Origin: Pavona decussata
Taxonomy: Eukaryota
Assembly (NCBI GenBank): GCA_977016875.1
Contig: CDRNST010000013.1
Coordinates: 806,001 to 870,000 of the forward strand
Reading direction: 5' to 3'
Length of the DNA: 64,000 nt
The notes beneath the pieces are model-generated. The model searched no databases, was not told where the DNA came from, and saw nothing but the letters and a program-made list of their open reading frames with translations. Positions 51,164-63,600 of the stretch are shown here, piece after piece. Position 1 is the first letter of the stretch. Every line of letters begins with the position of its first letter. A program made the position numbers and the translations under genes.

Positions 51164-53245
51164 GAATCGATTGCAAATGACGCTCGATTCTTTGTTTCGA
51201 GACAACAAGCACTGGCAAATGGAACACTTATAATAATGATAATAATGATCGTTTATTCAACCTTTTTGCAGTATAAAGTGAATAACAAGGCGGGTCATTA
51301 ACTTGAAGTATTTCCTATTATCTTTGACGACTTCTTCGTAAAGCTGATGGCTTTCTTCCTCGAAATTAAGGGAATCACTTCTCAAATCACGCGACTGGTT
51401 TACAGTCGCCATTTTTTGGCTGATGGATCCTTGCTGGGTCAGCAAACCCTATGGTCAGCAGTTAATGACAGCGAGTCGTTCGTTTCAAAGGTCAATTGCT
51501 GAACAAAGAGTTTTTACCATCAGCACGTGGAAGCATCAAAGGTCAAATTGAAGAACAAAGAGTTTTTATCCTTTTTCTTGTGCCCATCTATTGTCATGTG
51601 ATATGAGGCAGCCAATCAGTTAGTCAAGAGGTGATTTACTGTTTTCTTGTGGTATTCAACTTATTATTATAGGTGCGATAAATTTTATTAAAAGCTTAGT
51701 GGTGAAACGATTGAAGAATATGTAGAACAAACGCAAGCGTCATTACAATAAGAATTAAACTGCGGCGGTATGGGTAAATAGCAAATAAATAACGTATAAG
51801 ACGAAGGAAATATTATTTACCGTGATTTAACAGGATGATTTCACATTCAGAAGTACTGGACTTCGAGCAGCCGACAGCTTCCCTTCAGACTCCACACTCC
51901 ACACAAAACAACAATTGCGTCGAACAGCAAGCTCGCTCGGAAAACTAACATGCCTAAGCACATATAAGATTTCCATACAAGAAAAACTTATAATTGGTAC
52001 AAATTTCTTGGTCCCCTCATCGAAACAGTGAAGATAAACTAGCTTGTTTACTTCAAAAGGACGGTCGGAGTACCCGACAGTGCGTACTGCATTCATTGTG
52101 TTTGAGCCGAAATGTGAGATCACGCGAGCAACGACCGGTGATAATATAGTTGGAAGCAATGCATCATGGGAATGACCTTACTTCCTCAGGAAAACGATTT
52201 CAGCTTGGAAAATTGTGAGGCAGTTTAGAAACCACCATTTTTCTAATAAAGTAAACAGCTGAACCATTTTTCTTCCACAATAGGCCATTCAGAGTTTCCA
52301 TTTGCATGTGTCAAAGAGAGGCAAAGTCCAAATCCTTTGTTATGAAAATGACTCTGCTTGCAAGTGACTAAAAATTATTTTCATACGAAAGGTTTTGCAC
52401 TTGCCTCGCATATACAGGAAAAAGGCAAGTCTGTAACTTTCTGTTAATTAGTTTCCTCTAAATGTTCATACATACAATTAAATATCGTTTTAGAGAAAGA
52501 AATCCATAAAGATATATCATTTTCGACTGTACAGAAACAGTATGTTGATTTCATCTTACAGAAGATTTACACAATTTCACATGGTGCTACATACAGGTCA
52601 CCAGTTTGAACATTGGAGGTAACTATGGTAACCTTTCACCAGCTTGGTTAATCATGTTTAGATTTCAATGACTGACTTAACTTTGTTTTTGTATTAATGA
52701 GATAATGTTCATAGCTTACTGGCTAGTCTATTGGTATAGATGTTTCCAATAAATCTTATCCCCAAGAAATCTCCCAAAAAAGGCTGTGGAGGAGGAAGTA
52801 TTAGTATAATTTGTCAGATTGATTAAATGACAGGAGGTAAACTGACGTAAAATCGATGAAATCTTTGCCTGGTTGACACTCTATCTTTTGCTGGTAAGAA
52901 TGACCTTCCTGCAGTGAAAATTGAGCTGTCTTCTCTTGTGTTTCGCACAAGTCGGTGAATCTGGTATGGATTTTTAACAGGGTTATCATTTGCAGCATCA
53001 TTGCAACCAGGTGGAGCTGCATCAAATGATGGCAATGGGTCCTCTGAAAACCTCTCATTGGCAGTATAGTGGTGAAATGGCAGGGCAGGATCCATTCGTT
53101 TAGTAAACTTACTGAAAAGAATAAGAGGGAAGTGCAGAAACATTGGTAACAATATTACTTGACGATTATTTGGTTCCAAAATGGAGGTTATACATAGTCA
53201 GAGTGTTGAGCATGAAGATGAAATTAAACTACCAGTTGAGATATT

Positions 53246-53627
53246 GTAAAGTATATGAAATGATTCACATATAAACTGCGGATGTAGATGAAAGTGAGAA
53301 GCGATCACTGCAGTGAATTTTCCAATTTATGCAATTTGAAATTAATAAATTGGAAAATTCATTGCGATGATCATCTCTCAGTTTCATCTACATCCGCAGT
53401 TTATATATGAATCATTTCATATACTTTACAATTTTTCACTCCTCACACGGGAAAATGGGAACCCACAATTGACCTTGCTCCCAATGTGTGGCTTCATAGC
53501 TCAGTTGGTAGAGCATCGCACCGGTAACGTGGGGATCACGGGTTCGAATCCCATTGAATTTTTTTCAGGCTTCTAATTTCAAATTGCATAAATTGGAAAA
53601 TTCACTGCGATGATCACTTCTCACTTT
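53246..53627. mobile_element. tRNA-like non-autonomous retro-insertion with inverted 5' segment and 13-bp TSD
   Basis: CAGTTGAGATATT at 53233-53245 and 53628-53640; tRNA-like core 53490-53558 with A box TAGCTCAGTTGG and B box GGTTCGAATCC. Confidence 0.75.
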
Positions 53628-53718
53628 CAGTTGAGATATTAGTAGAGATGTTTTGAGAGTTGTACTAGTATTCGTGTAAGGAGGATTATCAGCTGTTGAC
53701 CAAATAACTCTTATATTG

Positions 53719-54067
53719 AAAGTGAGAAGTGATCATTGCAGTGAATTTTCCAATTGATGCAATTCGAAATTAGAAGCTTCAACCTCCGCGTTATTGGTGC
53801 GATGCTCTACCAACTGAGCTATGAAGCCACACATTGAGAGCAAGGTCAATTGTAGGGTCCCATTTTCCCGTGAGAGGAGTGAAATGATGTAAAGTATATG
53901 AAATGATTCAGCAGAGGTCACTAGTTCGAATCGCGTTGAAGCCTAAATTTTTTTCAGGCTTCTAATTTCCAATTGCATAAATTGGAAAATTCACTGCGAT
54001 GATCACTTCTCACTTTCATCTACATCCGCAGTTTATATATGAATTATTTCATATACTTTACATCATT
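53719..54067. mobile_element. Second insertion of the same tRNA-like family, 14-bp TSD
   Basis: TAACTCT(T/C)ATATTG at 53705-53718 and 54068-54081; reverse unit joined to forward unit at ~53910. Confidence 0.75.
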
Positions 54068-55717
54068 TAACTCTCATATTGTCTGAAAAAAATTATGAAC
54101 TTTTGAACCAAAAGACAAGGAGGCACTCAGTTGTCAACGTGGTAGTATGATTGGACAATATTGTTGAAATATTTCCATATTCTTTTCTTTTTCATTATGC
54201 TATCTGCTCCAAACTTGAAAACCATTTCTAGTCTCCTTAAGTGCACATAACTTCGATTAGTTCAATTTTGGTCTTCATGTGCATACCGCTCAATTTTTCT
54301 CCATTTGAACTTGAACTCTTTCAGTGTAAAATTAGGGCCTAGCCAGCTGTGGCACATGCAGAAGAAGCATTCTAGATCATCAGTCTCTGAACCACGGGGG
54401 TTCTCTTCATAGCCAATCTCCACATTTTGGCAATGCCGAAACTCTTGACTCTCAGTGTTGGTTGTCACCTCAATCACAGTTTCACGGGAAAATCCTCTGA
54501 TGCCACTGATCGGTCTAGACCAAAAAACAAGAGGAACAAAACCATATTGTCAAGTATTTCCTCAAGGAAAAAGCGGTCATGCTCAATAATAGTATTGAGG
54601 ATGGTAACCATTAACTCCTCTGGCTCATGGCCACTGGAACTAAGCTAGAAATAACTTGTGAGAAGGTTAAAATTCATTTACTCCTTGTTCACTGCCAAAT
54701 TAAATTAGAGTCCCCAATGATGCCTTGTTTATGGAAATGTGTTAATAGAACCAAGTCAAGTTTGTGTCATAAAAAACTGAAATAATCACTATTATGAAAA
54801 GTTCTAAGTTCACAATACTGAAGAGGAAATGCAGTGAAAGAGAAAAATTCAAACAGTCTAAACAAATGTTTCAAGGTCGTATTTTAGGAAACATGATTTA
54901 AGCAATTGTTTCAAATTAGAAACTTGATCATCAATTGACCTGATCCATAACAAAAAACAGTAATATATAAAGAATTGTACTTGTTAATGTCCAGGGTAGA
55001 AAAGTCGTGATCCTTGTGCCATGGAATCCATTCATCAAAAATGTAGTTCAGTGTCCGGTAATTCTGGCGACAACGCTGTAACCAAGGGATGCCATGACCA
55101 TCTGAGGCTTCATGCATTTGTGCAATGGTTTCCACGTACTCAGCCTCTGGCGTGTAGTTATTGTCTCGGAAATACTTGGCCACATGGAAAGACAATAGTT
55201 TTTCTGCATCTGGTACAGACTGCTTGCTGGATCCGACCAAGGCAACATGGGTTAAACTAGTGCTCCGATTATGCATGGCCTCGTCAAACTGCTCATAATG
55301 GAGATCTGGATTGCCTCCATCTCTAGTATGCTTTGCCATCCGTTTTAGAAGGTGGTTGTGATCAGACCTCTCATGATGCACGGTGCCTGTAATAGGGTCA
55401 ATCTCAGGAACATAGACATGTAGAGAGAAGTCAACTCCACGTTCTTTCCAGTAGTTCACATCTGCCTGGAACTGGTAAGTGGCAACTACTGAGCGCAACT
55501 TGTCAAGTAGACTTTCAGGGGTATCCCATCTAAATGGACATAGTGTGTAGCCTTCTGGCACAAGCTTTCCAGGGATGAATGTTATTGCATCTTCTAGGGT
55601 CATACCCTGCAAGGTTCTAAGATCTGCAAGTTGGGAGATAACCTCTGTGGGGATTGCTGGGTTTGGATGAGCAACAGTTGGTTGTCCAGCAGCATCAACA
55701 AGGAATAAAATATTAAA

Positions 55718-56203
55718 TTAAATTAAAACCTCGTAAGTTGCGTTGACTTGGGGATTGAAGTGAGCGGTAAGTTCTTCGACGGCCGTTTTGTAATCTTTGT
55801 CTTCGGCGGTGTTTTTGAGTGTGTCGAAAATCTCGTCAACTTCGGGACCGCTGTAATATAGCAGAAGAGCACGTTTTTGTTTTGTGTCTTTGATCCCCAT
55901 GCCTACAGTTAGATTCTCCAATCTGGCAAGCCATTTCTTCCAACTGGGGACTACATTGCCATCTAGATGCACTTGGAAAGCCGGGAAAGTCGGGAACGAA
56001 ACCAAAACCGCTATGTTGTCGAATATTTGTCAGGATTGTTTTGTCCGCCCTTCGGGACTTGAATTGCTTTGTCTGCGCTTTGGGACTTGAATTCTCTCAC
56101 TGGATGCGCTTTGTGGATCCTCGTCGCCAGCTGTGGTGTCTTGTACCGTTCAAGTAAAACCACCGACTCCATGCTGACTCCATATTGACTCCATGCTCAC
56201 AAC
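55718..56203 (-). mobile_element. Gypsy LTR element 5' fragment (short LTR remnant, PBS, gag start)
   Basis: PBS TGGCGACGAGGAT (56129-56117) complementary to tRNA-Ser(GCT) 3' end; WKKWL.RLEN....QKRALLL...G. Confidence 0.75.
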
Positions 56204-57037
56204 ACAAGGGGAGCGGGAGTTCCCTTTTGACCGCGTGCTTGTATGATTGACAGATGTCACAACACTACAGGCCCCTTGTTTACTTCATCCAATATACCTG
56301 AGGTTGCCGTGTCATTTCAAAGCCTCTGGAAACCATTTCAGACACCTGGTGGGATGTTATTTAGAGAGAAGGAGCATGTTATTCAAACCGAAGACAATGA
56401 ACTTGTTTGTAAGGTTGAAACGTTGTGTCTAGAAGTTGAAGAGAATACTGTCAAACTTGTGAAATTACAGAAATACGAAAAGTTGCTAGATGACAAGGAT
56501 GCCATTTTGACAGATCCGTTTAGTGGAGGTGTTCTGGTTGACATTTCAGTGAGTGGACATCTCATCGCCCCTGTTAGAGCAATTTCTCGGAAGGTTATGT
56601 TATATAACTATGAACAAGATTGCAATCTAAATACTAGAACAGTAATCTCAAAGGGAGAAAATGCCTACAACATTCAATGGATTCAATGGACTCTTTTTAA
56701 AAACTCTGATGCTGTTCCAGAGAATATTCAGAATCTCTTATGGAGGGTTTTTGATTTGCCCCCTTCTCCTCCGGAAAATTCCAGATTAGGATCATAGTTT
56801 CCTTTCAAACTTTCAATGTTTACTGTTAAAAGACCCCAACCCTTTGGAAACTGCAATGACCTGCCAGTGGGCTGGGTATGGCCCTGTTCTTGAATCTCAC
56901 ATTTTTTTAAGTGAACAATGTTATATTGGACAGCTACACAAAGTTGGTTAACTTTACAAAAATTTAATCTTGCTTTCAAAAAGCAAAGTTTGATAAAGTT
57001 GTTCTGTTATAAATCTATCCCATTCTTAGTTTTTATT

Positions 57038-57380
57038 GGAGAACCATTATTGTATTTCAAATACTCATTACTGTCATTATTGAGTTAATTTCCATTCTTG
57101 GGGTTTCTATATTTTACATGATAGACTTTGCTTCTGATATTTACATGAATGGATAACAATTTCTTCCCATTTATGGTTTAAAAAGGAGAACCATTAACAG
57201 ATTTCAAATACCCATTACTGTTATTATTGAGTTAATTTCCATTAATGGGATTTATATATTTTACATGATGGACTTTGCTTCTGAATGGATTACAATTTCT
57301 TCCCATGGTTTTTAAAGGAGAACCATTATTGGATTTCAACTAACCGTTACCCTTATTGTTGAGTTAATTTTCATTCATGG
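57038..57380. repeat. Degenerate ~140-bp tandem repeat (about 2.5 units)
   Basis: GGAGAACCATTA...TTGAGTTAATTT at ~57038, 57185, 57317. Confidence 0.8.
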
Positions 57381-57427
57381 ATATTTATAAAAATACATTT
57401 TAAAAACTAATAAACATTAATGAGAAT

Positions 57428-57599
57428 AGGCCATTTCCGAGTTGACGTGAACCTCATTATTAAAGCGAGGCTAAGTGCAAGGTTTTTGTTATGAAAATTG
57501 GTTTTCATTCATATGCAAACAAAACTAATTTTCATATGAAAAGCTTTTGCACTTAGCCTTGCTTTCATAATGAGGTTCACAGCAACTCGGATATGGCCT
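57428..57599. mobile_element. Foldback MITE, AT-flanked
   Basis: AT|AGGCCATTTCCGAGTTG...CAACTCGGATATGGCCT|AT; partial relative at ~52281-52410. Confidence 0.8.
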
Positions 57600-57997
57600 A
57601 TTGGGTATGAAGAACTTTACTAAGAAAAATCCCATTAATGGGAATTTTGTTAAAAGTGTGGCTTTGGTTATTCCCATTATTGGGTTTGCAAATGATGTAA
57701 ATGTTTTTTTGGAAAAATTTCCGGTGCCTTTCACAACGTTTTTGCAGTTCTTTATTTCATCAGCACCGACTATCTTTTTTATGTTGTCCTCTTTGAAGAC
57801 TACAAGGTAGTGGTCTATAGAGTTGATACAGAGGAAAAATATTACAATAAGGTACATCCAACATCATAAAAAGTATGATTATTATAAGTTATGGCTGGTG
57901 GTGGGATTTACTCTCATTTCTCCTGCATTGCCTGGCAGTTATTGAGACGGGAATTGTGCTCGAAAGTGGAATTCGTAATCCATTTTTATGGGAAAAA

Positions 57998-58308
57998 GGT
58001 CATAATGGCAGACGGAGGATTCACTCTCCAAGATCTGTTTGAGTCCCTAGGGGTGAGAGTGATTATGCCCAATTTTCTTAAAGGTAGGGATCAATTTACC
58101 AAGGAAGAAACGGTAATGAATCAGCAGATTGCCAGTGAACGAATTTATTGAAAGGATGATTGAAAAGCTTGAGAACTTCTTTATCTTTGATATCTTTGAT
58201 AGTCCTATTGTTAAAACAATATTTGGCTCCGTCAATCAGATCATTACTGTCTGTGCATTGCTTTGTAATCTCCAAGACCCTGTTATCGCTCCAGAAGGAA
58301 AAAAATAA
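57998..58308 (+). pseudogene. ISL2EU/DDE_Tnp_4 transposase C-terminal fragment
   Basis: IMADGGF...P.FLKGRDQF...IASERIY.ER.I...VCALLCNLQDP. Confidence 0.75.
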
Positions 58309-59557
58309 TCTCTGAGGGAAGAGTTATTCCCAACATGATGGTCAGGCTTTTTGGTGTAGGGGGATGGGGTTAGTAAGTTTCTTTGTTGCTTTTTTTTTTT
58401 TTAAATCACTTTATTTAAACAGTCAAACACACACTACAGAGCAGTCGTATAAAATATTACATGCAAGTGATGCGAGAAAACAAGACATTTACACTACACT
58501 GTTAACTACATGTAACAAAGGTTACAATGAATCTCATTTAAAGAATTTAAACTATTAAGCTACAAAGAAAAACAAAAACAAAAAAATATACAAACAATGA
58601 CAATGAAAATTAGTTGTCAATTTGTGACCTGGAAAGCGAAAACGGGCACTAACGGTTTTCCGTTTAACAGGCAGAAAAACGGATTGCAAACGATGTTAAG
58701 CGGATAGTAAAGGGTTACTGCAAGCATTTACAAGGATTCCAGTTCCGTTTAAACGGATAAATAAAAGTGTTAAATTGTTGGGCAAAGTCCAAAAACGGAA
58801 TGACGTAAACGTTAAACGGTTGCAGAATTTTTTAAATGGAAGGCTGAGAACATTAAACGGTTGAAGAAAGTCGTTAAACGATCATAAACAGAGAGCTCAA
58901 AACGTTGAACGTTTCAATAATAATCAGTAAACGGTTTCAAAAGTTTACAAGGAAACGAATGTAAACAAAATTAATAATTTTGATCAACTGTTGTCAAATA
59001 CTGAAAATAGATTTCACTATAATACGTAAATACTGGAACCTTTTAAATGGAAATCTAAAGTATCTCATTTAGTTCTGTCATTTCATGCTGGACAAGCTAG
59101 CAGCGGAGTATAAAAAGTTATAAACAATCACACATGACGTGAGGCCTTGAATTTGCATAATATTGAAAACATGCGACTTCGCGGACGAGAGGTCACGTCC
59201 GTCATTCAGTCACCGACATCAACAATTTCTAAATGGCGTGCAAAACACACTGATTTTGAAGGGTGAGAAAATTTCCACATTATGCCGAACATTGGTTGTA
59301 TTTTAACCGAACTCACGTGCGGCAAATGAAAAAACGTCATTATTTGAACTTTGAACTGGACTACGGCTAAGTGGAGAGCGCTGAATAAAGCCGAAAGCTT
59401 GTCAAATCTAACCTGAGTCAAGTTTGAATTAAATTTACTACATTTAACGCTTAACATTACCTGTATTACAGTAGTCAGCATTCTCTGTCTGAGGCGAGTG
59501 TAAAGATCTGAACGCTTTTCATAAAGGCAGTAAACAAAACTGTTTAGATATTAGAGT

Positions 59558-60484
59558 TCAACCATTTGTCATTATACGTCCGCAAAGTGGAAATTTCTTA
59601 GATTCTGGTCCGTGATAGAGGACGTTATCGATAACTAGCTCTTCGATGTTGAAAAAGGCTTTCTTCTTGTCTTGTTTGGTTTTTTTGAGAAGCGGATATA
59701 AAGCCTTCCTAATCTCTTCCACTTCGTTGGGAAAGTCATCAGCTACACCATATCTTCTTCCTTTCCATAATTTTTTTATGTGGGATTTTATGAGTTCCTT
59801 GTACTTGAAAAAGGATTCTATGTACCCTTTCAAATTGCATCTCTTCAAGATCCTCGTTGGAAATTTGCATTTCTTTCTTTAAGAATAGCCTGAGCTTTCT
59901 CTCTGTGTCGCTTGGTGACTCATCTTCAGAGTCCTTGATCCCAAAAAATTTAACATTGCTCCAATGGTTGTAGCATTCCTGTTTAATCATTCGGCGCTCT
60001 AGCTGGTCTAATTTATCAAGCTTGTTATTAGCGACACCCAGCTCCTAGGTTGTTGATTTAATTTGCAATTTTAATTCCTTCACTTCTGCTTAAGTGAACT
60101 CGAGGCTTTGCCATAACAATTCCAACTGTTTCATTTTAGCTGGCACATGTTCACCTTCAGGAATCAACAGCAATACCTGATCAAGCTTCTCATGATTGGC
60201 ATCAATTTTACCATTGCAAATTGTACAACCGTTTCACGCATGTCCTTCATTCATAAGTTCATCATTGGTTTGCAATGCTTGTTGTCTTATCCTTTTTCTT
60301 CTCGGTCGGTTCTCTTGACCTTTTTCCGTATTTGCTGGAGCAGACTGTGGCTCTTGTCCCTTTCCCTTATTTTCTTTTGGCATTATGTCTTTATAGTTAG
60401 TTGCCTTAGAAACCAAGTATGATTTACTCACGGGCAGGCAGAGTGAGCAAAAACATGTCCGCCATCTTTCACTGCTCATCCCAG
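59558..60484 (-). mobile_element. L1/Tx1 5'UTR and ORF1 relic
   Basis: NVKFFGI.D...FERVHR, YGVADDFP.EV...RK.L.P; AAGATGGCGG in the 5' region. Confidence 0.75.
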
Positions 60485-60629
60485 TCTCCCTTTGTTGCTT
60501 CCTGAAACCTTGAAAGCCACCCTATTCAAATTAAGTTACACCCTTTTATTGACATGTAATACAGTAGATACCAGCAAAGAGCAACTGGCTTTATATCCAA
60601 CGGAAAAGTCGCTATCCACTAGATGTAAT

Positions 60630-63600
60630 TCATTGGTTGAAGTACATTTTCTCTCCTCGATAGAGATTTATCTGCTGGATAGAGTTGTGGTGTGTTGGTG
60701 TCTTGCCTGTGCTGCTGCTCTCAGGTCCGCTAGAAATGGGCTTTCCATTGTAATTTTCTGTTTTTTGATCACAAGAAATATTGTTTCCAGAGGAGTCAGT
60801 TCCGTGTATTTCGATTGCTCCATTATCATTGTTCATGGCCTTGTAAGTATCCGTGTCCTCGGTTCCCTGAACTACCTTTGTCAGTTTCTCTGGAATACCG
60901 GCAGAGAGGTCGTTATTTACAGTGTTTGCGTTTATATGATTAAATTCTTCATCGTCGTCAGCCAGGTTCTCTGCAATGCCTTCAGAGAATTCGTTCTTCA
61001 TGGTGTCTGAATGTATGTGATGAGATTCTCCATCAAAGGTAGCCAGGTTTTCTGCAATGCCTTGGAAAGGATTTCTGCTTTTGTACTCTCCCACTCCATC
61101 GATATTTCCTTTATCCTCAGAAATTATCCCTCATGCCCGGCCAGGGGTGGTAGTGGGATACGAATATACCCTATATTTTCCCCACAAGATACCAATATAC
61201 CTTAAAATCGTAAAATGTGTCATACTTAATACCTAAAATTATTTTAAAACAATACTAAATACCTAAAAATGAATGAGACAATGAGACAGATCTTAGTAGA
61301 AGAGAAACTCGTTGTTCACTGCCCTCTTTCGCTTCCTTTGCGGCCGACCAACGTCTGTGGTCATCAAATCTTCGTCACCTTGTTCCTCAAAGTAGTTCTC
61401 AGCAAAAGGTTCTTCATCAGCTTCATTGCAAGAGGTGGTGTCAGTGGACCCGTCCAACGAGGCCAGGAGCAGATGATACTCCCCCTCATCTATTTCAATA
61501 GTTTCATTGTCAACAACTGTAATGTTGCTTACCACCCCTTTTATTGCCTCTTTTGGGATGACATGTTCTTCTCCAGAAGTAGTAAATAATAGCAGATCAA
61601 CAACATCCTGGGTGTGACAAAGAGTTCTGACATACACAGCACTTTCACAGTCGTCAACGACATCCTATAATAGTTTTATAATATACAGTGGGCTGTTTGG
61701 AGCAGAACGCAGTTTGTACATTCGGGAAACTACAACATAGGTAGACTGAATAATGACAACGTTATGAGTTGTGCTGGTATCTTGTTGAGCGCGGATGTCT
61801 TCATTTAGAAGCACGTCAAAGTCAACTGAATCTTGTTCTGGGGGTGCAGACTCGTAGAGGTTCAATGGCAAGGTGACTGGCTTGTCTTTCATTGAAAGGT
61901 TCCTTGTGGTTTTCTGCCTGACACTCCTGCCGTTCTGCTGTGTCGACTGTTGGAGCTTGTTTCATTGCTTCTTAGTTAAGCAACCAGACGAAGGCTTTGG
62001 TAATTTCGCAAGGTCGCAGAAGTTTATGTCAACATCGCCTAAAGTAGGATGAAGGTAGTAGGAGACCACTGGATTTGTAAAGTACCTGTAGCTTGTACCT
62101 GTGACACGTTTCAATAATTCGTTGATACATCTGGAAAAGAAGTTTTCAACAAAGAGAGTTAAGAGGCTTACAACGTCAACGTTAGGAACAGACCCCCAGC
62201 ATCAGCGGACGAAGAGACATAGAATTCAACACTGTTTTTGCAAGCTACTCCAAACATACTGTTGACGCCAACACTCACAGAACAAATGATGTCTGCAGTG
62301 ACACTTAGTCCATCAGTTACCATGGTCATCAAATGGATTTCACCTGTTATTTCAGCAACACAAATTTGATTTTTTTCACTAGAGGAAAATGCAATGGCAG
62401 TGGGCTTTATTGAAAGCTTGTTACAAATGGACACGATGTGCACTTTGGAGGATTGGGTACCATCTTCCACAGTTGTACTTTTCCCATGTTCATGTATCCA
62501 GGTTTTTACTACTTTCTGTAATTCTGACTTCTTTGATCTATCCGCTTGTCGCAGTAGTTTTCAGTCATTCAAAGCTTTGCACAGCTGTTTTATGGTCATT
62601 TTCTCTGGGGTTAGGAAGTACTCTCCAGTGAGATCACAGCACGCAATCCGTTTTTCTCCAAGCTCAGCAATTAAAAGAAGGCCATCTTTGAAAGCAATGC
62701 CTACTGGGTTGTTTAAGCCGGAAACAACTTTTGTAACGTCTACTGGGAATGTAAGCGTCCCGAGAAGATCGTTCCCTTGTCCTTGTCTGAGATAAGAAAT
62801 GTTCCCCAAAATGCTGGGCATACTGACACTGGACTTCTTAACACTGGTAGCTTCATAAATACGGTAAACTTCTGGAGTTAAAGTCTGCACTATGCGTTTT
62901 GCATTTGCTAGACCCTGTTGAACTTCTGGTGAGCAGATTTCTATCAGTGTCAACATTCATGAATTCGGTCTTTGTTACTACAAGCAGCCAGTGATAAGTG
63001 AGGCATAAGCAAATGTTTCAAGTTTGAATCTACCCATGCAGTTCCAAGTAGAACAAGATTTACGCGGTTGCCATCTACAAAACGATACCAGTTAGCAAAT
63101 AATTGGGTATGAGATTGCAATTTTTAATTTTTTTGTGAAAGGGTGGGGGAGGGTGTGGAGAAGGGGGCTGTCCCGTCGAGCATCTCGCACGTAAGAACCA
63201 TAAAAACCTGTAAAATGAATTATAAATTTCTGTATCATTCAGGAAAAACTTAATACTTTATACCCGAATTTTGACCAAAAAATGCCATTTACCTAAAATA
63301 AAAAGGCCCAAGATACCATATACCCAAAACCCCTGGCCATGCCTGATCCTTGTGTCAAGGACATTACCCTCCTTCCCATGCAACAGACTTTTGTAGCCAT
63401 GTTTTGATATTCCAACATTCTCTTCAAGGAAAGTACTCTTGTCCACTTCTTCGCGCCTTGTCTGGTCAATATCGCGGTTATTTGGAACCGTGTTAACACC
63501 CCTTGTCATTCTGCGACCACCATTTTTTTGTTTTGTACCCTTCTTTACATCCTCTGTTAGGCTATCATGTTTTTTTTTATTGGGAAGGTACAATTCTCTT

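Larger units (their letters stand above)
52823..55700 (-). pseudogene. P-element-like DDE transposase, C-terminal 3 exons (5' part lost)
   Basis: DHNHLLKR, KQSVPDAEKLLS, RGSETDDLECFF; exons ~55700-54981, 54514-54287, 53111-52823 splice in frame. Confidence 0.7.

Noticed and set aside
53490-53558. Functional tRNA-Thr gene
   Set aside because: Acceptor stem incomplete, anticodon stem mispaired, and embedded in a TSD-flanked repeat.
56243-56797. 184-aa plus-strand ORF as an intact gene
   Set aside because: Truncated by flanking repeats, its end reads into a MITE-like sequence, and no motif could be assigned; probably a TE fragment.
57038-57380. CRISPR-like array (also considered for 27333-27662 and 58645-59010)
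   Set aside because: Whole units are duplicated without unique spacers; no cas genes; eukaryotic context.
60540-60600. GIY-like peptide (AGIYCITC) suggesting a GIY-YIG nuclease
   Set aside because: The frame has several stops and there is no YIG motif.
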